NCBI GenBank assembly: GCA_963822895.1
Contig: CAWGJI010000005.1
Coordinates: 51,633 to 115,632, forward strand
Origin: an uncultured Acidobacteriota bacterium
Lineage (GTDB): Bacteria > Actinomycetota > Acidimicrobiia > Spongiisociales > ZC4RG35
Reading direction: 5' to 3'
Length of the DNA: 64,000 nucleotides
The notes under the pieces were generated by a model. That model searched no databases and was not told the origin of the DNA. It worked only from the letters and a program-made list of their open reading frames with translations. The position numbers were made by a program, and so were the translations under genes. This document shows positions 58,371-64,000 of this stretch, piece by piece (the first letter of the stretch is position 1; each line of letters starts with the position of its first letter).

Positions 58371-58688
58371 GTGAAGGGCATTGGCGACCCATGGGGATAC
58401 GCTGAACCCGGTTTGAAGAGACTGCATCGACGCATCTTCCGGCTCAACGACAAGATCGAGGCGTTGGAGACGGAGATGAGACTGGTCCGCGAGGAGCTCG
58501 GCTATCACCGCTCCATCGACGATGACGCACAACGCGATGCTGCCATTGGGAATTACATCGATCGTGAGGAAGCCGGTCTCACCGCGGGCGACGTAAGACG
58601 CTTCGAGCGAACGCTCGCCCAATTGCTGGATAGACGTGAGAAGCTGGAGAGTAAGCGCGAGCAGTTGATTGCCCGACTGCCCGAGTGA
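58371..58688 (+). CDS. hypothetical coiled-coil protein
   Basis: 105 aa; two heptad-rich helices around an acidic central segment. Confidence 0.75.
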   Translation: MKGIGDPWGYAEPGLKRLHRRIFRLNDKIEALETEMRLVREELGYHRSIDDDAQRDAAIGNYIDREEAGLTAGDVRRFERTLAQLLDRREKLESKREQLIARLPE

Positions 58689-58719
58689 GCCAAGTCGATG
58701 CAGCACTAACGTCGGCGTC

Positions 58720-61332
58720 GTGCCGACACTCGCACTGATCGACGGGAACTCGATCGCCTACAGGGCCTTCTACGCGTTGCCCGACGACCTGGCCACGAAG
58801 AGCGGGCAGATCACGAATTCGGTGTTTGGCTTCACGCGAATGCTGATCCGTCTGCTCAAGGACTTTCATCCTGATGGGATCGCCGTCGCCTGGGACGTGT
58901 CCCGCCACACTTTTCGAACCGAGTCCTATCCCGAATACAAGGCTCAGCGTGAGAAGGCCCCCGACCACTTTCGGACCCAACTGCCACTCATCGACGAGGT
59001 GCTCACTGCCCTCGAGATCAATCAGCTCCGTCGGGAAGGCTATGAAGCCGACGACCTCATCGCATCTCTGACCAGGTTGGCCGTCGACGGCGGGTGGCAG
59101 GTGCTCATCGTCACGGGTGATCGAGACGCGTTTCAGTTGATCGGTGGACCGACTCGGGTCGTCTACACACGAAGGGGGATAAGCGACACGGTCGTGGCAG
59201 ATGCCGCTTACGTGGAGGATCGCTACGGGATACGCCCGGATCAATATGTCGACTACGCGGCCCTGCGTGGTGACACCTCGGACAACCTTCCCGGCGTGCC
59301 GGGTGTCGGTGAGAAGACCGCGGCCCGTCTGATCGCCGAGTACGGCGATCTAGACAACTTGTACCTCGCCATTGCCGATCAGACTCCGAAGTTGATGGAG
59401 AACCTGGCCACCCACCGGGAGCAGGCCTTTCTCAATCGACAACTCATGAAGCTGGTCGACGATCTCGATGTCGGCATCCCCATCGAGGCGTTCGCCACCA
59501 AGGAATGGGACCGGGCCCGCGTCAAGGAGCTGTTCTCGAGTCTCGAGTTCCACTCCATGTGGGACGACCTCGAACAGGCCCTCCCATCGGCCCCGAGCAC
59601 GACCGAGGTCGTGGCCGTCGAGACCAGCCTCGTCACCGATCCCGCTCGAATCAGGGAACTGGGTGACGACGGGGTGCTCGTAGCCGGCCTGGTGACTGAG
59701 AATCAGGAGCCCTTTGGCATCTCGGCGTCGATCGGGCCCGGCACTGCCGTGGTGGTTCCGTTCGACTCGGCCGGGGCGATCGTGGAGTCGCTGGCCAACG
59801 GAGAGATGGCCCTGGCGGGTCACGATGTGAAGGAGTTGGTTCGAGCCATCCTCGACCGAGACGGCGACGTGGAGCGCCTGGCAATGGACACGGCCCTGGC
59901 CGCATACATAATCAACCCATCACAGCGCTCATATGAGCTCGATGAGTTGGCGGATCGGCTGCTCGGTCTCGAGTTGACCTCACCCGATGCCGAGGAGACC
60001 GATGCGGGGATGCTTCCCTTCGACACCGGGCCGGATCTCGAGGCCGAGGGCCGTCGGATCGAGGCCGTGCGCAGGCTGGTCACCGTGATGAGAAGCGAGC
60101 TCGAGACCCGTGAGGAGCTCTCGCTCTTCGAAGAGTTCGAGCTCCCATTGGTGGCGGTCCTGGCTCGGATGGAGCATGCAGGTATCGGTGTGGACCGCTC
60201 CTACTTGGAGGAGATGGGCGCCGACCTCCGTGAGCGGCTCGATGCTCTCGACGGCAAGATCCAGGAATTGGCCGGTGAGCCATTCAATGTCAACTCGACC
60301 GATCAACTCAGGTTCATCCTGTTCGAGAAGCTCGGGTTGCCCGTCGTCAAGAAGACGTCCACCGGCAAGCCTTCGACCGATGCCTCGGTTCTCAAAAAGC
60401 TCGATCACCCCCTGGTCGAGGCGCTGCTCGAGTATCGGGAGTACGAAAAGCTCAGGAGCACGTATGTGGACGGCTACTTGCCCCTCATCGAGGTGGACGG
60501 CCGGATACACACGCGTTTCAATCAGATGGCCGCCACCACGGGCCGTCTCTCCTCGGATCGCCCCAACCTGCAGAACATCCCGATCCGCTCGGAATCCGGT
60601 CGAACGGTCCGTCGCGCCTTCGTCGCAGGTGAGGGTGCCAAGTATCTGGTGGCCGACTACTCACAGATCGAGTTGAGGGTCTTGGCGCACATGAGCCAGG
60701 ACCCGTTCCTCCTCGAGGCGTTTCGCAGCGGCTCGGACATCCACACCGCGACTGCGGCTCGTGTATGGGGCCTGGCCGAATCCGAAGTGAGCACCGAGCA
60801 ACGTCGCACCGCGAAGATGATCAACTTCGGGCTTCTGTACGGTATGGAGGCGTTTGGCCTGGCAGACCGTCTGGACATCAGCCGTTCAGAGGCACAGGAG
60901 CACATGGATGCCTACTTCGACCAATTCGTGCAGGTGAAGGAATTCATGCAATCCATGGTCACCGAGGCGAGGAACCAGGGATACACGACCACGCTCTTCG
61001 GCCGACGGCGCTATCTGCCCGAGCTCAAGTCCGACAACTATCGCATCAGGCAGATGGGGGAGCGGATGGCGCTCAATGCACCGGTGCAGGGGACAGCTGC
61101 AGACATCATCAAGAAGGCGATGATCGACCTCGACTCCTCTCTTCGCTCGGAAGCGATGGCGTCGGCCCTGTTGCTCCAGATCCACGACGAGCTGATACTG
61201 GAATGCCCGGACGAGGAGCTCGAGATCGCCGAGAAGCTCGTCGTCGAGACGATGGAGGGCGTGGTGGACCTGGATGTGCCGCTCCGCGTCGATGTCGCCA
61301 CCGGGCCCGACCTGGCAAGTGTCAAGGTTTGA
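58720..61332 (+). CDS. polA: DNA polymerase I
   Basis: LIDGNSIAYRAFY, GYEADD, GDTSDNLPGVPG, TTGRLSS.PNLQNIP, DYSQIELR, KMINFGLLYG, QIHDEL. Confidence 0.98.
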   Translation: MPTLALIDGNSIAYRAFYALPDDLATKSGQITNSVFGFTRMLIRLLKDFHPDGIAVAWDVSRHTFRTESYPEYKAQREKAPDHFRTQLPLIDEVLTALEINQLRREGYEADDLIASLTRLAVDGGWQVLIVTGDRDAFQLIGGPTRVVYTRRGISDTVVADAAYVEDRYGIRPDQYVDYAALRGDTSDNLPGVPGVGEKTAARLIAEYGDLDNLYLAIADQTPKLMENLATHREQAFLNRQLMKLVDDLDVGIPIEAFATKEWDRARVKELFSSLEFHSMWDDLEQALPSAPSTTEVVAVETSLVTDPARIRELGDDGVLVAGLVTENQEPFGISASIGPGTAVVVPFDSAGAIVESLANGEMALAGHDVKELVRAILDRDGDVERLAMDTALAAYIINPSQRSYELDELADRLLGLELTSPDAEETDAGMLPFDTGPDLEAEGRRIEAVRRLVTVMRSELETREELSLFEEFELPLVAVLARMEHAGIGVDRSYLEEMGADLRERLDALDGKIQELAGEPFNVNSTDQLRFILFEKLGLPVVKKTSTGKPSTDASVLKKLDHPLVEALLEYREYEKLRSTYVDGYLPLIEVDGRIHTRFNQMAATTGRLSSDRPNLQNIPIRSESGRTVRRAFVAGEGAKYLVADYSQIELRVLAHMSQDPFLLEAFRSGSDIHTATAARVWGLAESEVSTEQRRTAKMINFGLLYGMEAFGLADRLDISRSEAQEHMDAYFDQFVQVKEFMQSMVTEARNQGYTTTLFGRRRYLPELKSDNYRIRQMGERMALNAPVQGTAADIIKKAMIDLDSSLRSEAMASALLLQIHDELILECPDEELEIAEKLVVETMEGVVDLDVPLRVDVATGPDLASVKV

Positions 61333-61368
61333 GCGCGTCGCCCATCGAGGCGAGGACGGCCAAACCCG

Positions 61369-61398
61369 TTGGCGGTTTTGCCCATATATGCGTACACT
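61369..61398 (+). promoter_or_regulatory. putative sigma-70 promoter of rpsA
   Basis: TTGGCG, 18 nt spacer, TACACT; followed by a CTGCCG/CGGCAG hairpin (61408-61428) and GGAGGT SD. Confidence 0.5.
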
Positions 61399-61456
61399 CT
61401 GAGATGCCTGCCGGACCCGAGTCGGCAGAGTTCCTTTTGGAGGTAACCACCCACAC

Positions 61457-62956
61457 ATGTCCAACGAGCTAGAAAACGCGCCCGTGAGCGCTCCCGAGGA
61501 TGGGAGTGACGAGGCGCCCGAGACCCCGGAGGTGGCCAACGCCGCCGCCGACGAGGTAAAGGAGCCCTCGGAGGCTCCGGCCAACGATGAAGCAGCCGGT
61601 GCCGAAGCCGGCGAGTCTGGCACGGAATCCCCTGATTCCGGCTCGAATGGTGACGGGTCGCATGCGTCGGACACGCCTCCGGGCCGCGAAGCCCTGGTCG
61701 CCCCCGATCTGAGCGATCTACCCGATGACATCGCAGATGACTTCGAGCGGGCTATCGAAGCGACCGTGCTCGAGTTCAAGGAAGGCGACATCGTCGAAGG
61801 GACTGTGGTCAGTGTCGATGCCGACGGCGCCATGGTGGACATCGGCTACAAGTCCGAGGGCCTGATCCCTACGCGTGAGCTCTCCATACGCAACAACGTC
61901 GATCCAAAGGACGCTGTTGCAGTCGGCGATCGTGTGGAAGCGGTGGTCCTCAACAAGGAAGACGACGAGGGGCGTCTCATCCTGTCGAAGAAGCGAGCCA
62001 TGTACGAGCGGGCCTGGGGACGTATCCAGGAGGTGGCCAACGAGGGCGGCACCGTCGAAGGTACGGTCATCGAGGTGGTCAAGGGTGGCCTGATCGTCGA
62101 TATCGGCTTGCGTGGGTTCCTGCCCGCATCATTGGTGGACTTGCGACGCGTCCGGGACCTCGACCCATTCATCGGCGAGACCATCATCGCCAAGGTCATC
62201 GAGCTCGATCGGGCGCGCAACAACGTCGTCCTCTCCCGACGCGCCTATCTCGAAGAAGCGCAGGCCGAAGAGCGGAACGCATTTCTCGACGGTCTGGAAG
62301 AGGGAGAGGTGCGAGAGGGGGTCGTCTCATCGGTCGTCAACTTCGGCGCTTTCGTCGACCTCGGTGGCATGGACGGCCTGGTTCACGTATCGGAGCTCTC
62401 ATGGCAGCACGTCAACCATCCCGGTGAGCTGGTCAAAGTGGGCGACAAGGTCACGGTCAAAGTGCTCGAGGTCGATCGTGAGCGAGAGCGAATCTCCCTA
62501 TCCATCCGTCAGACGAGCGATGACCCATGGGATGTCTTCGCCAGGGACAACGAGGTTGGCGACGTAGTCGACGGGGTCGTCACCAAGACGGTGCCGTTCG
62601 GTGCGTTCGTCTCGGTCTCAGATGGCGTGGAGGGCCTGGTTCATGTGAGTGAGATTGCCATTCACCGGGTGGAGTCCCCCGAACTCGAGTTGTCGATCGG
62701 TCAGCCGGTGCGTGTCAAGATCACCGAGAAAGACGACGAGCGGCGGCGTATCTCTCTCTCCATAAAACAGGCCTCGCCCGATTGGCAGGAGCGCGAGGCG
62801 CAGATGGAGGAGCAGAAGAAAGGCCGTCGGCGCCCGCCGAAGGAGTTCGAGCGCGAGTTCGGGCCGGCCGAGGAGGAGCGCCCGCCGATGCCGGTCGACG
62901 CCTCCCTCGAAGCAATTCTCCAAGAGCTCAAGGAGCGCGGAATAGGCCGTCGCTGA
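61457..62956 (+). CDS. rpsA: 30S ribosomal protein S1 (four S1 domains)
   Basis: DIGYKSEG, ILSKKRA, VKGGLIVDIGLRGFLPAS, FGAFVDLGGMDGLVHVSELSW, RRISLSIKQ. Confidence 0.97.
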   Translation: MSNELENAPVSAPEDGSDEAPETPEVANAAADEVKEPSEAPANDEAAGAEAGESGTESPDSGSNGDGSHASDTPPGREALVAPDLSDLPDDIADDFERAIEATVLEFKEGDIVEGTVVSVDADGAMVDIGYKSEGLIPTRELSIRNNVDPKDAVAVGDRVEAVVLNKEDDEGRLILSKKRAMYERAWGRIQEVANEGGTVEGTVIEVVKGGLIVDIGLRGFLPASLVDLRRVRDLDPFIGETIIAKVIELDRARNNVVLSRRAYLEEAQAEERNAFLDGLEEGEVREGVVSSVVNFGAFVDLGGMDGLVHVSELSWQHVNHPGELVKVGDKVTVKVLEVDRERERISLSIRQTSDDPWDVFARDNEVGDVVDGVVTKTVPFGAFVSVSDGVEGLVHVSEIAIHRVESPELELSIGQPVRVKITEKDDERRRISLSIKQASPDWQEREAQMEEQKKGRRRPPKEFEREFGPAEEERPPMPVDASLEAILQELKERGIGRR

Positions 62957-63191
62957 CTCCCATTTGCCACCTGGATGGGGAAGGTCGGGCTCTGGATCGC
63001 CACGGGAATGATCCCACCGAACTATGGAAAGAGTGGGGAAACCCTCAAGACTGGGTGTCGACGGTCCGAATCATTCCTCGTGGAATTGGACTTGAAACAC
63101 TGGGCAGACGCGGTTCCGTCAGTAGCATGCTCTTCGGCATGGGCTGACATGGTGTCGGCGCCTGACCGAGGGGACAAACGAAGGGGACTCA

Positions 63192-64000
63192 ATGGGTAGG
63201 AGAGCCATCGTATTGTTAGTGGCCTTGATATTGGCCGGGCTCGCTGCATGGGCAGTCTGGAATTATCTCCAGAACGTCGAAAGTGAAGTTACTGCCGGTC
63301 AAGAGATCGTCGAGGTCTACATCGCCGGCCAGCCGATCGAGGAAGGCGCGGATGGTTCCATCCTGCTCTCCGACTTCAACAGTGGCGGCGACCTCATCGT
63401 CTTGGACAAGGATCAGGCCGAGGACATCCCTGTGGGTGCCATTACAACGTCCGAGCAGCTCAACCAGGTGCTGACCGACAAAGTCGCAGCGGGGCCGATC
63501 GCCGAGGGCTCGATCCTCACCGAGTCGATGTGGACATCCAACACCATCGAGATCACGCCGCTGGCCGAGGAAATCCCTTCGGGGAAGCAGGCCATGACCA
63601 TCTCGGTTGACAATGTCAAGGGTGTGAATGGCTTCGTCGAGGCGGGTGACCGGATCAACCTGATCGTGACACTCGACATCAGCTTCGACCTGTTGCCGGC
63701 GGACTTCTCGGGCGTGACGGTGGACCAGGGCACGACGCCCACGGACACCGGCACCACCGGTCAGGACACGCAGGCGACGGTCGTCACCTTGTCGAGGTTC
63801 GTGCTCCAGGGAATTCCGGTGCTGGCCACCGGGCGTGACATCCGGCCGGCCGAGGATGCTCCGGCGACAGTGACGGTGGACCAGACCACCACCGACACCA
63901 CGGGTGACAATGCCGCCCCCGAGGACACAGGCAATGCCACGGTGTTCACGCTCGAGGTCACACCTGAGCAGGCAGAGCGGATCGCCTATGCGTTCGAGAA
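63192..64000 (+). CDS. cpaB: Flp/Tad pilus assembly protein CpaB/RcpC (truncated by the window edge)
   Basis: Open frame from ATG 63192 (absent from the ORF track): MGRRAIVLLVALILAGLAAW.., SAF-like region, IPSGKQAMTISVDNVKGVNGFVEAGDRI, VLQGIPVLATG, FTLEVTPEQAERIAYA. Confidence 0.85.
   Translation, partial: MGRRAIVLLVALILAGLAAWAVWNYLQNVESEVTAGQEIVEVYIAGQPIEEGADGSILLSDFNSGGDLIVLDKDQAEDIPVGAITTSEQLNQVLTDKVAAGPIAEGSILTESMWTSNTIEITPLAEEIPSGKQAMTISVDNVKGVNGFVEAGDRINLIVTLDISFDLLPADFSGVTVDQGTTPTDTGTTGQDTQATVVTLSRFVLQGIPVLATGRDIRPAEDAPATVTVDQTTTDTTGDNAAPEDTGNATVFTLEVTPEQAERIAYAFE

Noticed and set aside
63020-63050. GAAAGAGTGGG resembles part of a c-di-GMP-I riboswitch
   Set aside because: The flanking GGCAAA and GCAAAGC elements and a stem closing the GAAA loop are absent; not called

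Overview
High-GC (about two-thirds G+C by eye) actinobacterial core-chromosome segment. Gene content and order suggest class Acidimicrobiia (inference). From left to right: SRPBCC plus a Get3/ArsA-like ATPase with an HSP20-like tail; threonine aldolase and a type II fatty-acid synthesis operon (fabD-fabH-fabG-acpP-fabF); dinB, DUF3040 and a MerR regulator; the transglutaminase-DUF58-MoxR triad; a small unknown-HNH-GNAT cassette; a division/cell-wall cluster from mraZ to divIVA that lacks murF; a type 2 ileS; dksA-like, lspA, RluA-family synthase, rhomboid, aac(2')-like and dnaE; a HAD hydrolase plus a second Get3/ArsA pair; tandem-domain thyX; nth and transporters; ccdA, ygfZ and a two-component system; tRNA-Leu(CAA); polA; rpsA; and the start of a Tad/Flp pilus cpaB. 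I found no mobile element, CRISPR array or recognisable defence island, and I cannot claim a clear-cut new system. The best leads are three long nested hairpins in intergenic leaders (before the MerR gene, rsmH and cpaB), the cassette inserted between moxR and mraZ, a 7x18-bp repeat in pgeF, a Cys-pair-rich FtsI with an in-frame upstream ORF, an FtsR-type operator at ftsZ, three Get3-like ATPases in lipid/phosphatase contexts, and a rhomboid gene next to aac(2'). All family calls come from motif recognition by eye; no searches were run.
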